The notes beneath the pieces were generated by a model. It made no database searches. It worked only from the letters and a program-made list of their open reading frames with translations, and had not been told where the DNA came from. A DNA stretch of 52,384 nucleotides from a virus (taxonomy: Duplodnaviria; Caudoviricetes), in the IMG/VR virus record IMGVR_UViG_3300027969_000136, positions 1 through 52,384 of that record; one strand, given 5' to 3'. Position numbers and translations under genes: made by a program. Below, piece after piece: positions 35,120 through 47,300 of this stretch. Position 1 is the first letter of the stretch. Each line of letters starts with the position of its first letter.

Positions 35120-38100
35120 ATGAGCCTGCATAAGTTTGCCGAACAGGTAGCCGCACACGGTCGCGGTGACGACTCTTTACTTGTACACATGACGCCGGAC
35201 GAAGTCCAGCGCCTACAAGCTTTTGCCGAAGCTAACGGCACGACAATGACCATCAATCCGCATACGGGTTTACCCGAAGCGGGCTTCCTTTCCGACTTGT
35301 TTAAAGCTGTAGCCCCTATCGCTCTTGGCGCGTTCTTAGGCCCCGGTGCTTTTGGTATTGCAGGTTTGGGGATGAGCGCTGGTATGGCTGGCGCGGCTGT
35401 GGGTGGGTTGACTACTTTGGCTACCGGCAGTTTGTCTCGTGGACTCATGGCCGGATTGGGTGCGTATGGTGGAGCAGGGCTGGGGGCTGGGCTTGAAAGT
35501 GCTGGCACTAGCGCGCTTGCGGCTGACGCTACTGGCGTGGCTTCTGGTCAAATGATGTCTGACACTTTGGCCGAGCGTGGGATATTTCCTACGTTAGAAG
35601 GCGGTGCGGTAAATCCTGAATATATTACTGAAGCAAATAAAGCCGTGTCAAACGCGGTATCGCAAGGCACAAACGCGTCCACAGCGGCGAAAATGTCTGC
35701 TGGATTTGGTTCTGTTGCAAACGACCCATTGAGTTTTGCCAAAGATAATTTTAAATATTTGGGTGCTGCTGCCGCACCAATTATGGCTGGCGCTATGGTT
35801 CCTACAACCACCAAGATGCCAGACATTCAAAGCAACGACACCATCAACCAATTCATTTACGGCCCGACAGGTTATCGCCGTTTGAACCCTGTGCCTGCTG
35901 CCAACTATGGCACTCCCGCATATAAGCCTTTTAATGAAGGCGGCATCGTGGCGCTGAATAGTGGCGGTGTGCCTCGCTATGGCGGCGCTGGTACTAGCTT
36001 AATTAAAGAAGCCGATCTCAACAACATCTACGCTAATCTTGGTGGCCCAAAAGTTTTTGACACGATTGCCACAAACTATTTAAATGCTGGAGGTGACGAA
36101 GCTGGACTGGCTTCTATCATGTCTAAATACGCAACAGCCCCCGCTGCGGCGCCTGTTGCCGTTGCCCCTGTTGTCGCGGCTCCTGCTGTTACTACCGCGG
36201 CTCCTGTTGCTGCCGCAGCTACGTTGACACCCCAACAGCAAGCGGCCATGAACTTGATGCTCCAGTCATCCATAGGTAGCGTTGATACGTCCGCATTTGA
36301 CGCTTTGGGCGGTTCTGCTGCGGTTAGGAAGCTGGCCGAATCTGCTGGATATACGGGCGATGCAACACAGTTGTACGACTATGCAGCAAAAACTCCCGGC
36401 GCTGTTGATTGGAAGTCAAAGGCGGGCGAACAGTTGGCTTCAAGTTACGTTGCGGCCCGTGATGCAAAAGCATTTACTGATAAATTTAAAACTCCTGCAG
36501 ATCAAGCACTGGAGTTGATGTATCGAGCCACTACTGTTGGAGGCCCCACTGCCGCATTTGACTCTTTAGGTGGTTATGCAGCAGGAAGAAAATTAGCAGA
36601 ATCTGCAGGCTTTGATGCTACTCCTGAGTGGCAAGCAGAGTACGAAAAGAAAATGGGGTATCCCGTTGTCTCACGTTTGAGCACTGCGGCAACAATAGCC
36701 GCTGATAAAGCTGCATCTGATAAAGCAGGCATAACAACGCTTCTCCCTAAAGATATTGGCGCTGATACACGCCTCGACTACACAGGCGACGGCACGGCCA
36801 CAGTCAAACCTGTAGCCGTCACATCAACCGGCACATACAATAAAGTGGCGGGTAACACGTACGTTCCCCCTGCTATTGGCACAGCCGTTGGTCAAGGTAC
36901 ATACCAAGGCCAAGGCACGATGGCGTCGTCTGGCACACAAGGCCCGATCGTTGACTTCAAAGGTAAGTCTGCATTTACCACAGACCCTATAACTCTAGCT
37001 AAACAGCAAATTGCAGATAAAGCCGCTGCTAAAACAGCCGCAGATGCAACCAAGCTTGATTTGTATCGCCAATTTGGTATTCAAAACCCAACAGCTACTG
37101 AATTGGATCACGTCAACTTTATTGACAAAATTGGTTTGGCCCCAGAGACAGCGGCGCAGCTTCTCAATATCAGCCCAGATCAAGCCAAAGACAAGTATTA
37201 CAACGCCAAGTTCAACCAACAGACTGGCGACTCGATGGCGGCGTACAAATACCTCATGGGCCAAGGCGCATACCCAACCAAGTCCGGTGTGGGTGAGATT
37301 GCCCGTCCGTATGCGGAAGCCACGCTTGGCATGCCTGCCAGCACCAACAGACAGTACACATACGATCAAGCCACGGGCAAGTACGTTCGCAATCCTGACT
37401 ATGTAGCCGAGTACAAAGACCCAACTGGCGGCACTAACTATTTGATGTCGCCAAAAGAAATCTTTAATTACTTCAAGACCAACGCCAACCAAGACGACGC
37501 AGTTACGTACGCATGGGCGCTTGCAAACAACTTGACGCCAAAAGAAATCTCTGAAGCTACGGGTGTTCCAATTTCTCAAATAGCACCGAAATGGCGTGCG
37601 GCGGCGTCTAAATCTGCGGCAGATAAAGCGGCAACCGAAGTTAAAAATGAAGACGGCACTATTAACAAGGAAGCTACTGACCAGAAAATTGCGGAAAAAG
37701 CCGCTGCCGATAAAGCCGCCGCTGATGTTGCTGCCGATAAAGCTGTCAAAGATAGCTGGGATGAAGCCGCTTATCTAGCCGCAAACCCTGACGTTGCTGC
37801 AGAGTTAGCTTCAGGTAAATCGGTGTCTGGAAAACCTGTTAAATTTACATCTGGGTACGAACACTACACTATGTATGGCAAAGATAGTGGAAGACAAGCC
37901 ACTACCAAAAAAGCCGCTGGTGGAGACATTAGGGGGTACGCCATGGGTGGCTACGCCGTAGGCGGTGGCCTTGGCTCTTTGGGTTCTTACTCTGATGGTG
38001 GCCGTTTGCTCAAAGGCCCCGGTGATGGTGTGTCCGACAGCATTCCTGCAACGATTGGTGCTAAGGGTCAACCTGCACGCCTTGCCGATGGCGAGTTTGT

Positions 38101-38263
38101 AGTGCCTGCTCGGATTGTGTCTGAACTGGGTAATGGCTCAACCGATGCCGGAGCCAAGAAACTCTACGCCATGATGGATCGTGTGCAACGTGCACGCGGC
38201 AAGACCACAGGCAAAAACAAAGTAGCGGCCAACAGCCGTGCTGACAAATACCTTCCCGCGTAA
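35120..38263 (+). CDS. internal virion (ejection) protein, 1047 aa
   Basis: N-terminal GRGDDSLLVHM...INPHTGLPEA, Gly/Ala hydrophobic stretch, C-terminal GPGDGVSDSIPA...LADGEFV. Confidence 0.7.
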   Translation: MSLHKFAEQVAAHGRGDDSLLVHMTPDEVQRLQAFAEANGTTMTINPHTGLPEAGFLSDLFKAVAPIALGAFLGPGAFGIAGLGMSAGMAGAAVGGLTTLATGSLSRGLMAGLGAYGGAGLGAGLESAGTSALAADATGVASGQMMSDTLAERGIFPTLEGGAVNPEYITEANKAVSNAVSQGTNASTAAKMSAGFGSVANDPLSFAKDNFKYLGAAAAPIMAGAMVPTTTKMPDIQSNDTINQFIYGPTGYRRLNPVPAANYGTPAYKPFNEGGIVALNSGGVPRYGGAGTSLIKEADLNNIYANLGGPKVFDTIATNYLNAGGDEAGLASIMSKYATAPAAAPVAVAPVVAAPAVTTAAPVAAAATLTPQQQAAMNLMLQSSIGSVDTSAFDALGGSAAVRKLAESAGYTGDATQLYDYAAKTPGAVDWKSKAGEQLASSYVAARDAKAFTDKFKTPADQALELMYRATTVGGPTAAFDSLGGYAAGRKLAESAGFDATPEWQAEYEKKMGYPVVSRLSTAATIAADKAASDKAGITTLLPKDIGADTRLDYTGDGTATVKPVAVTSTGTYNKVAGNTYVPPAIGTAVGQGTYQGQGTMASSGTQGPIVDFKGKSAFTTDPITLAKQQIADKAAAKTAADATKLDLYRQFGIQNPTATELDHVNFIDKIGLAPETAAQLLNISPDQAKDKYYNAKFNQQTGDSMAAYKYLMGQGAYPTKSGVGEIARPYAEATLGMPASTNRQYTYDQATGKYVRNPDYVAEYKDPTGGTNYLMSPKEIFNYFKTNANQDDAVTYAWALANNLTPKEISEATGVPISQIAPKWRAAASKSAADKAATEVKNEDGTINKEATDQKIAEKAAADKAAADVAADKAVKDSWDEAAYLAANPDVAAELASGKSVSGKPVKFTSGYEHYTMYGKDSGRQATTKKAAGGDIRGYAMGGYAVGGGLGSLGSYSDGGRLLKGPGDGVSDSIPATIGAKGQPARLADGEFVVPARIVSELGNGSTDAGAKKLYAMMDRVQRARGKTTGKNKVAANSRADKYLPA

Positions 38264-38272
38264 GGATAGATC

Positions 38273-39514
38273 ATGGCCGACATAATCCCAACACAACAAA
38301 ACATATCGCAGACCTCCCTTCCTGACTACGCCAAGCCGTACGTTCAGGATTTGTTAGGTCAAGCCGCAGCGGTTACCGACATTAACACCAACCCCTACAT
38401 GCAGTACATGGGGGATAAAGTTGCGCAGTTCACGCCTTTGCAACAGCAAGCCTTTAGGGGTGCGCAGAACATGCAGGTGGCTCCTCAAATTCAGCAAGCT
38501 TCTGATATGACTGGGCTGGCTTCACAAGCCGCCATGAACTACGGCAACTACGATCCTGCTAAATTTTCTGCGTACGCTGTCAACAACCCTGATCTGCAGT
38601 ACTACCAGATGGGTGACGCGGAACGCGTGGGCACTCAGTCCTTTACGCGCCCCGGCATGGCCGAAGCCTACATGTCACCGTACATGTCCAATGTGGTTCA
38701 GCGTCAACAACAAGACGCGGCTCGTCAAGCGGCTATTGCAGGACAGACTCAACAAGCCCAAGCAGCCCGTAGCGGTGCGTTTGGTGGCAGTGGTGACTAC
38801 CTCATGCGCGGTCAGATGCGTAACAATCTGGCTCGTCAGCAAGGCGACATCTTTGCGCAAGGTCAGCAAGCCGCATACAGCCAAGGCCAACAGCAATTTA
38901 ATGCTGAGCAAGCCGCACGCTTACAGGCTCAACTGGCTAATCAACAAGCTGGTATCACCACGGGCGGCCAAAACTTACAAGCCAAACTAGGTGTACAACA
39001 ATTAGGCGCTGGGCAGAACATGCAAGCCCAATTAGCCAACCAACAGCAAAACATGACAGCGCAGCAGCTTGCCGAGCAGTCACGCCAATACGGTGCAGGT
39101 CTGGGACTTCAAGGTCTGCAGACAGCGCTGACAGGTGCAGGTCAACTGAGTAACTTGGGCAACACGTCCTATAACCAGATGATGGGCATCAACCAACTGC
39201 AAGGTCAGTATGGCGGTATGCAACAGCAACAGACGCAAAACATCCTGAATCAGCAGATGCAGGACTTCCAGAACTACCAGAACTACCCATACAAACAGTT
39301 GGGCTTCATGTCTGACATGCTCCGTGGTTTGCCTCTGACTCAGCAATCCAATACGATATATCAAGCAGCGCCTTCTATGGTGTCTCAAGTAGCGGGTTTA
39401 GGCACAGCGGCATTGGGTGCAAGTAAACTGTTTGGTGCGGCTGGGGGATCTACCGACGACTTGGAACGCCGCCCTGCTGGTCTGGCAGAATTAGCTATCC
39501 ATAACATGGGCTGA
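38273..39514 (+). CDS. Gln-rich internal virion/ejection protein
   Basis: YMSPYMSNVV, GAFGGS and NYPYKQLGFMSD motifs; Q/A-rich. Confidence 0.7.
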   Translation: MADIIPTQQNISQTSLPDYAKPYVQDLLGQAAAVTDINTNPYMQYMGDKVAQFTPLQQQAFRGAQNMQVAPQIQQASDMTGLASQAAMNYGNYDPAKFSAYAVNNPDLQYYQMGDAERVGTQSFTRPGMAEAYMSPYMSNVVQRQQQDAARQAAIAGQTQQAQAARSGAFGGSGDYLMRGQMRNNLARQQGDIFAQGQQAAYSQGQQQFNAEQAARLQAQLANQQAGITTGGQNLQAKLGVQQLGAGQNMQAQLANQQQNMTAQQLAEQSRQYGAGLGLQGLQTALTGAGQLSNLGNTSYNQMMGINQLQGQYGGMQQQQTQNILNQQMQDFQNYQNYPYKQLGFMSDMLRGLPLTQQSNTIYQAAPSMVSQVAGLGTAALGASKLFGAAGGSTDDLERRPAGLAELAIHNMG

Positions 39515-39519
39515 AGAAC

Positions 39520-41232
39520 ATGGCATTACCAAACTCCGAAAAGATCACATCGCAAATTGCGATACTGCCCGATGCTGCGCTGAAGCAGATGGCCATGATG
39601 CACAAGAACGACCCGTACGTTCTCCCCTTGATTATTTCCGAAGATGGCCGTCGCAAACAGATGCGCCAAGCTGCGCAAGCTCAGATGGCAGGTCAGCCCC
39701 AACCCCGTGTAGCAGATGCTGCCGTGGCACAGATGGGTCAACTTCCCGAAGATCAAGGCATTGGTCAGCTTCCTGCCCCCAATATGCAGCACATGGCTGA
39801 CGGCGGTATTGCGGGCTACGGAGACGATGCCAACGAAGGCTACGGCATGGGTGGTATGTTTGACTTTGCTCAACGTAGCGAGCCTGTATTGCGTATGTCT
39901 GGCGGCGGTGCGGTACAACACTACGCCGGCAAAGGCGAGCAGCTTGTTCGCACAACCGACGGCGGTAAGACTTGGTTCTTAGACGTTCCTTCAGCTTCTC
40001 GTGGCAAACCTTCTGCGGCGGCGTCTTTGGCCAATCAAAAGTTTTCTAGTAGACAAGAGGCTATTGCTGCTTTTGACGCGCTTGAAAATACAGGCACTGT
40101 CGAGCCTCAACCGGTATGGGGTATGGGCATGCCTATGAACGTGGGTATGCCTGCCGGAACTGATGTTTCTACGCTTAAACAACCTGCTTATGTACCCCCC
40201 GTTGCGGCTCCCGGTGCGCAGCCTAGTAGCAACAAACCGCCTGCTCCTCCTGTTGAAAAACAAGGGCTAGCTACGCTTGCACCTTCAAAAGCAATGACAG
40301 TCGAAGAAGCCAAAGCACAAGCCGGTGAGTTTGTTGATTTTGAAGACGCTCGTACTGCTTTGAGGAAAGCCGAAACAGATCAAGAATCCCAAGGCGCACG
40401 CATGCGCACTATGTTGGCTGACAACTTGCCCAAGACTCCCGCACTGCAAGGGCTGGAAAAACTACTGGACAAACAAGATGCTGAGACGGGTGGCGAAAAA
40501 GACAAAGCTGCTGGCTTGGCGCTGTTGTCTGCTGGCTTGGCCATTGCTGGCGGCTCTTCACGTTTTGCCTTGCAGAACTTGAAAGAAGCCATCCCTGCGG
40601 TCACTCAATACGGCGAAGCGCTCAAAGACATCAAGAAGATGGAGCGTGAAAACATGAAAATGCGTGGTGAAATTGAGCAAGCCCGCCGTGCCGAAGGCCG
40701 TGATGACACTAAGCTTAAGCTTCAGTTGGAAGAAAAGATTGGTGAACGTCAAGACAAGATTAACGAGTTGGGTATTGGCCTTACTTCCAAGATTGCAGGC
40801 ACAACCGCAGACGTGTCTTCTAAACTGTGGACGACGGCATACGAAGCAAACAACCGCAAAGACATAGCCCTCTTCGAAGCACAAAACCGCAAAGATGTGG
40901 CCGGCATTACTGCGGCTGCACACGCTAATGCAGAACTTAACAAGTACACCCAGTTAGGTTTAGCGGCGCCTGATAGCGCTTTGCGCAAAGGTTTTAGTTT
41001 GTACCAGCAGGATCGCCAACAAGCAGGTGTTCTTGCAAACTACGAAAAAATGGCTGGCGATCAGACCATGACCACAGGCGGCAAGTACGCAACCAAAGGC
41101 GAAGAGTTTCGAGCCAAGTACCCAACACCGGAAATATATGCTGCCGCTATAGCTTCGCTAAGTGGGGCAGGCGGTCAAGGACAGATTTACTCTGACACCA
41201 ATGTAAATCCAAACGCTGTACGTTCGCGGTAA
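39520..41232 (+). CDS. internal virion/ejection protein, 570 aa
   Basis: MADGGIAGY motif, coiled coils, hydrophobic LALLSAGLAIAGG. Confidence 0.68.
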   Translation: MALPNSEKITSQIAILPDAALKQMAMMHKNDPYVLPLIISEDGRRKQMRQAAQAQMAGQPQPRVADAAVAQMGQLPEDQGIGQLPAPNMQHMADGGIAGYGDDANEGYGMGGMFDFAQRSEPVLRMSGGGAVQHYAGKGEQLVRTTDGGKTWFLDVPSASRGKPSAAASLANQKFSSRQEAIAAFDALENTGTVEPQPVWGMGMPMNVGMPAGTDVSTLKQPAYVPPVAAPGAQPSSNKPPAPPVEKQGLATLAPSKAMTVEEAKAQAGEFVDFEDARTALRKAETDQESQGARMRTMLADNLPKTPALQGLEKLLDKQDAETGGEKDKAAGLALLSAGLAIAGGSSRFALQNLKEAIPAVTQYGEALKDIKKMERENMKMRGEIEQARRAEGRDDTKLKLQLEEKIGERQDKINELGIGLTSKIAGTTADVSSKLWTTAYEANNRKDIALFEAQNRKDVAGITAAAHANAELNKYTQLGLAAPDSALRKGFSLYQQDRQQAGVLANYEKMAGDQTMTTGGKYATKGEEFRAKYPTPEIYAAAIASLSGAGGQGQIYSDTNVNPNAVRSR

Positions 41233-41306
41233 ATCGCGCCATAATAGCGACACGCGCTTCTTGAACTCCGGCATCGCGTGGCCGGAAGACAATTCGATTG
41301 ATAGCA

Positions 41307-44300
41307 ATGGCTAACTACATCAAACTGCCGGACGGCTCTTTCTTTCCCGTTGAGGAAGGTGAAAACTACACATCCGCTATGCGTGCTGCGTACGCAAAGT
41401 ACCCAGAAGCGTTTGGTGCAGAAAAACAAGAAGCCCCTAAGAAAAGCGGTATCACTGGTGCCATCGGTAAAGGGTTTGAATCCACGCTAAGTCAACTTCG
41501 TTCTGGCGTTGGCAAATACATAAACCCCGAAGAAGCTGCTGTAGCCGGGTTGCAACGTGGCGAAGAAATTTCAGGTAAATACGCCGATCAAATTGGAATT
41601 GATAAAGTCAAAGAAGCATACAACAAAGATGGTGTTCTTTCTGCGGCTAAAGAAGTTGGTCGCCAAATCCCTTTGGCTATTGCCGAACAAGCGCCTAACC
41701 TTGCGGCTTCTTTTGGTGGAGCGCGTTTAGGAGCAATGGCGGGTGCTCCGCTTGGCCCTTATGGTGCATTGGCTGGGGGCGCGTTGGGAGCTTTTCTTCC
41801 ATCTAAATTACAGAGCTTAGGCGGTGACATTGAACGTCAAGCTCAAGAACAAACTGCTCGAGGTGAGCCTGTAAAAATTGACACGGGTGCAGCAGAACTT
41901 GCTTCTACAGGGCAAGGAGCTTTAGAAGTCATCGCCACATTCGTCCCGTTTGGTAAACAGCTTGTTTCTAAATTGACGGGTATCCCCGCTAAAGCGTTGA
42001 CCATTGGTACAGGTAATGCGGCAAAACTTGCCGAAGAACGCCTTGCTACTACGCTTGCCAAAGGCACGGGGGTGGGTGTGTTGGCCGAAGTGCCAACAGA
42101 GATTACTCAACAAATGCTGGAGCGTGCACAGGCAGGGTTATCCCTAACTAGCCAAGACGCTCTGGAAGAATACGGGCGCACAGCCTATCAAGTCGGTTTG
42201 CTTGCCCCACTGGGTGCGGCAGGCCGCTTGTCCTCAAAAGCCGGTGCTAAGCAAGAAGTTGCCGCCAAAAAAGCGGAAGAGCAAAACCTTGCCGTTACAA
42301 CAGCGTTTAAAGAATCCGAAGCCAAGGCCACAGCACCCGAAGCACTGACCCAACTGGACGACCAGTATCGTGCTGCAACGCAGCACATGGCGTCTTTGCA
42401 ACAAGACTTGGTCAAGCCTGCCAAGGGTGCTACGCCAGAAGAGAAAGCCGCATACGCCCAAGCCAAGCAAGAGTTTGACACTTTCCGCAAGGAAGAGTTC
42501 ATGCCTTTGAAGCAAGAGTATGAGAAGCGCAAGCCCCTGATTGAAAAGATGCAGGACGAGCGCCAAGCCGCGCTAGAGGCGCAAACTGGTGCGGAGCAAC
42601 CCACAGCAGCCAAGTACGGGACAACCGACATCCCCGGTGCCGCGCCGTATTCACAACAACCCGTTGTGCGTTTGATGGAGCAACAAGACAACTTGCGCCA
42701 GCAGTTTGGTCAGCTAGAAGACAGGTTGACGGCAGCCACACCAGAAGAGTACGCACAGATTCACCCCGAGTACGAAGCAGTCAAAGCACGTCTGACGGAG
42801 ATGGGTAGTGCCATCGACGAGCGCGGCGGTGTGTCGGTGTCCGAAAAAGACTTTGTCAAACAGTTGGCCGCTGAGACTAAGAAGTTCCAAGACTTCCAGC
42901 AAAAGGGTGAGTTTGATAAAGCCAAGGAGCAAGCTGACAAGCTGGCCAACTTGAAGAAACGCCAAGCATTGTTTGATGAGATGCGTGCTGCCCGTGAGCA
43001 GCGTGGCCAGACGGGTGAGTTGTTTACCCAAGAGCAAGCACCTTTGGCTCCAACGGAAAAGCCTGAAGGCCCAGCGCAGCCAACCACTGTGCCCGGTATT
43101 GCAGAAACACCTGCGCAAGCCATGCAGTTTGAACCCAAGGAAGTGGTGGCTGAGACGCCCCGCCCCGAAGGTTACGGCATGAAACCCGTAAAAGAAGCGG
43201 TGACTTTGCCAAGCCAACGCGATCCAAAACAACTCGACATCTTTAGCCAAGAGAACATTACGCGCACGGGCATGACGCCTGAAGAACGCGCAGCGGCTGA
43301 TCGCCGTGTTGCGGAAGCCACAAACGTTCCTGCTGGACGGATAGCTCAATCTATCAAAGACGCTGAAAAGCAGCGCATGACTCGGGTACTAGATACACGT
43401 TTGAATCTTGCCGGAACAGAAGCCCAGCGCACTGTGACGCCAGAGCAGTACGACGCAACAATGGAGCAGATCAAAACGCTTCACAATAAAGTTGTGAAAG
43501 CACAAGGCAACGCCACCAAGTCTTATTTGCAACAGTTGTTTGATTTGGCAGACCAAGAAAAAGCTTTGGTGGATAGCATCAACACTGCGCAAACAGCAGG
43601 CAAGTCCGTTACGCGCTTGAACAAACAACTTAATGGTCTTCGCAATCGCTACGACAACATCTTCAACACGCACGTTGATCCCGCTCGTAAAAAGATTGAA
43701 ACGTTGTACCAAGGTATGTACAAGGCTAAACCTGCGGTCAAAGCCAGTGTTGTGGCGGCTGAAAAGAAAGCAGCCGGCGAAGCCCAGCTTGGCACGCTCA
43801 AAATTAAAAACGCTGAAGGCAAGACCATTGGCGCTAAAGTAAGCCGCGCTGTCAAAGAAACCAAACGGATTAGCGAAGGCAACGTTCGTAAGGAAGCCGA
43901 AGACTCTGCGCAGATGCGCAAACTGGCCGATGATTTGGGCAGACAAGAACCTGAGTTTGACAAACTGGGTAAATCCATGACGAAGCGCTTGAAGGCGCTT
44001 CAAGAGAAGTACGGCAGAAACGACCCTGCTGTGACTGCGTTCCAGCTACAGATGAACGATGCGCTAAATGCCAAAGCGCTTGAACTTGGGCGGCAAACAC
44101 CAGAGTACAAGGCTACGCTTGCGGAGCAGACAGGCATTGTTAAAGAAGCACTGGCGCAAAGCAAACAGACAACCCCATCTAAACGCACTGTTCAAGAGAC
44201 TCGTAAGGTGCGCCGTGCACCAACGGAAGAACGTACAGGCTCTGCTGAAAGCCGTGCAACTACAGAAAGAAAAGCTTTGCGTGAAGCAGGTTCACGCTTG

Positions 44301-47300
44301 ACCAAAGCGCAGGTTGAGGAGCTTGTCAAAACAGCGTATGACACCGATGGTGGCACAGCCTACCGCACCCGTGAGACAGAAGGCGAGAGCGTTGATCCTA
44401 AAGCCGCATCGGACTTCATTGAAAAAGTGCAGAGTAAACTGCCTGAGAACGTCAAGCTGGTATATGCCGCTACCCCCGGCAAGATTCCTGTTCGTCTGCT
44501 CAAGCAGATGTCCAATGAAGGCATTGACCCAACCGAAGCCATGGTGCAAGGCGCTGTATTCAGTGACGGCACGGTCTTGGTGGTGGGCGACCAGCACGTT
44601 GACTTGAAAGATTTGGAAGCCACCGTACTGCACGAGTTGGTTGGCCACTACGGTATTGACACCATCATCGGGCTAGAGCGCCTCCAAGCCTACGCCAACA
44701 AGACAGACCTTCGTGCACTGGCTGAAGAAATTGGTGGCCAAGACCTGCTCAACGAAGTGATCCGTACTGCGCAAGCTAACGAACGCATGGGTCGAAGCGT
44801 AGAAGTTCAGAAACTTCAAGCACTGCGCGAGATCATTGCGCATACTGAAGAAGCTCGCGTAAACGAAAGCTTCAAACAAAAAGCTGGCCGATGGCTCAAA
44901 GAGTTGATCGGGATGGTTCGCGCAGGCTTGCGTGACATGGGCTTTACTTCTTCCTCTCTACTATCAACATCTGACGTTTTCTATTCTTTGCGTCAGTCTC
45001 GTCAGGCGTTTGCATCCAAACGGCTTGGCCCTTACCGCGCAGCCGATGGCCAGATTGCTTTCCGTACCAAGGTTGACCCCGGAGTTAAGTCTTCGTTCAT
45101 TGCAACCAAGCCTTCGATCAAAGACCGCCTCATGGGGAACTTCCTTGGGTTGGCGGGTCGCGTGCAGTTGGTTGACCAGCATGCCGCCATCTCTGAAGCA
45201 TTCAAACGTGGCGCAGATAAGGGCATCATCTCCTCTGCCGAGGCGCTTAACGGTGAATGGTTGTTACGCTTTGGGCAGAACGTAAGCCAATACGCTCAGC
45301 AATTCATGACGCATGGCCGTGTGCAATATCAAACCGTGACACGTAATGGCGTGACGGAAAAGATTTTCATGAGCGACAAAGGCCCCAACATGTTGGATGC
45401 CGCCGAAGCGTTGTACAAGGGCAAGTTTGACAGCGACACAGAAGCCGAAGCGTTCTTGACTGCCTACGTTGCCGGGCAGCGTGCCGAAGCTGTGGGCTGG
45501 GAGAAGCTGAACTACAAAGACCCTGCCGCAGTCAAGCGCGAGTACCAAGAGCGCATGGCCGCACTCAAAGCAAACCAAACACAGTTTGATGCCGTGCAGG
45601 AAGCTGCCAAGATTTATCAAACGTACAACAACGGCTTGATTGACTTCCTTGTGCAAACGGGCGAGATGACTCCCGAGAAAGCTGCAGCGCTCAAGAAGAT
45701 TCCTTACATTCCGTACTACCGCGTGGACGGCGACTCACTCAACTTGTTTGTGGCTGGGGAAAAACCCATCCGTATTGGCAACGTCAAAGACCAACCCGAA
45801 CTCCAGCAACTGGTGGGCGGTGAAGATCAGATCATGCCAATCTTTACGAGTGCAGTGCAAAATACTTTTATCTTGACCCGGATGGGTTTGCGCAACGCCA
45901 TGATGAAAGACAACTCTTTCCTCCTGCACAAGCTTGGTATGGCCAGCAAAATTGGCCCCGGCATGGGCCCCAAAGGAGAGAACGTTGTTCGCTTCAAAGT
46001 CAAAGGCAAGGATCACTTTGCTGTCATTGACACAGACAAGTTTGACATCCCCGCTGAGTTGGTGGTCAAGGGTATGGAAGGCATCAAGACCACACTGCCA
46101 GCCGCTATCCGTCTGATGGGCTACCCCGCAGATATTCTGCGTAAGTTTGTGACTCGCAACCCTGCGTATGCTGTGCGTCAGGTTATCCGCGATCCTTTGA
46201 ACGCGTGGCTCACTACTGGTACAGACGCTACGCCTGTCTTAAGTTCCATGAAAGAGTTGGCTAAGATGGTGGCGGGGCGTAGCGAAACCGAAGAACAGCT
46301 TATGCGTACAGGCGCGATCAGTAGCAACGTCTTCTCCGGCAATGCCCGTGACATGGATATGCTTTTGCGTGACATTACCGCTGGTAAATCTGGTTGGGCT
46401 AAGTTGATGGCCAAGGCTGATGCGCTTGCTATGCAGGGCGATGCGGCTACCCGTGCTGTGATATATAAGGAATCCATTGACAAGGGAATGTCCGAACAAC
46501 AGGCGCTTCTCCGTACGCTTGAGTCCATGAACTTTGGCCGTCGTGGTTTGTCGCCTAGCATGCAGATGCTCTCGACTGTGATCCCGTTCTTTAACGCACA
46601 GATTCAAGGTCTGGACGTGCTGTACCGCGCATACAAAGGACAGATGCCGTTCAATGAACAGCTAAAGATCAAAGAGAAAATGATGCAACGCGGTATGTTC
46701 ATGGCGTTGGGAACCATCGCTTACGCCGCCGCTATGCAAGACGACGAAGCCTACAAACGTGCCAAGCCAGAGGAACGCTACGGCAACTGGTTCATCTACA
46801 TCCCCGGCTTTGACGAACCTATCAAAGCGCCTATCCCGTTTGAATTGGGTTACTTGTTTAAGGCGTTGCCCGAAGCTGTGTGGAACATGGCGGCAGGTGA
46901 CGAGAAAGCCTCCAAAGCAGTGGGCGGTTTCCTCAAACTTCTTGGCCAGTCCAATCCGTTTGGTCTGCCCCAAGCTGTCAAGCCTGTGGCTGAAGTGGTA
47001 CTCGGTAAGTCGTTCTTCAGTGGCGACATTGAATCAGCCCGTGAGAAGCAACTGCTGCCAAGCGAACGCTACCGCGACAACACAACGGAACTTGCCAAGC
47101 TCATCGGAGCAGCAACGGCAAGCAAAACCGTCAAGGACATCACGGGTAAGGAAGGCATCACGCCTATCGAGATTGACTACCTCATCCGTGGCTACACCGG
47201 CGGTCTGGGTATTGCCATTGTGCAGTTGGCCAACCCGCTGTTTAACATGGAAATGAAATCTGATGTTGCCAAGCCATCACTTAAGTTGAGCAAGACTCCG

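Noticed and set aside
40841-40902. 11-aa tandem repeat (YEANNRKDIAL/FEAQNRKDVAG)
   Set aside because: Two copies only; ordinary helical repeat
41233-41306. Hairpin TCCGGC...GCCGGA and CATAAT upstream of the giant gene
   Set aside because: Short stem, no U-tract and no convincing -35; too weak to call
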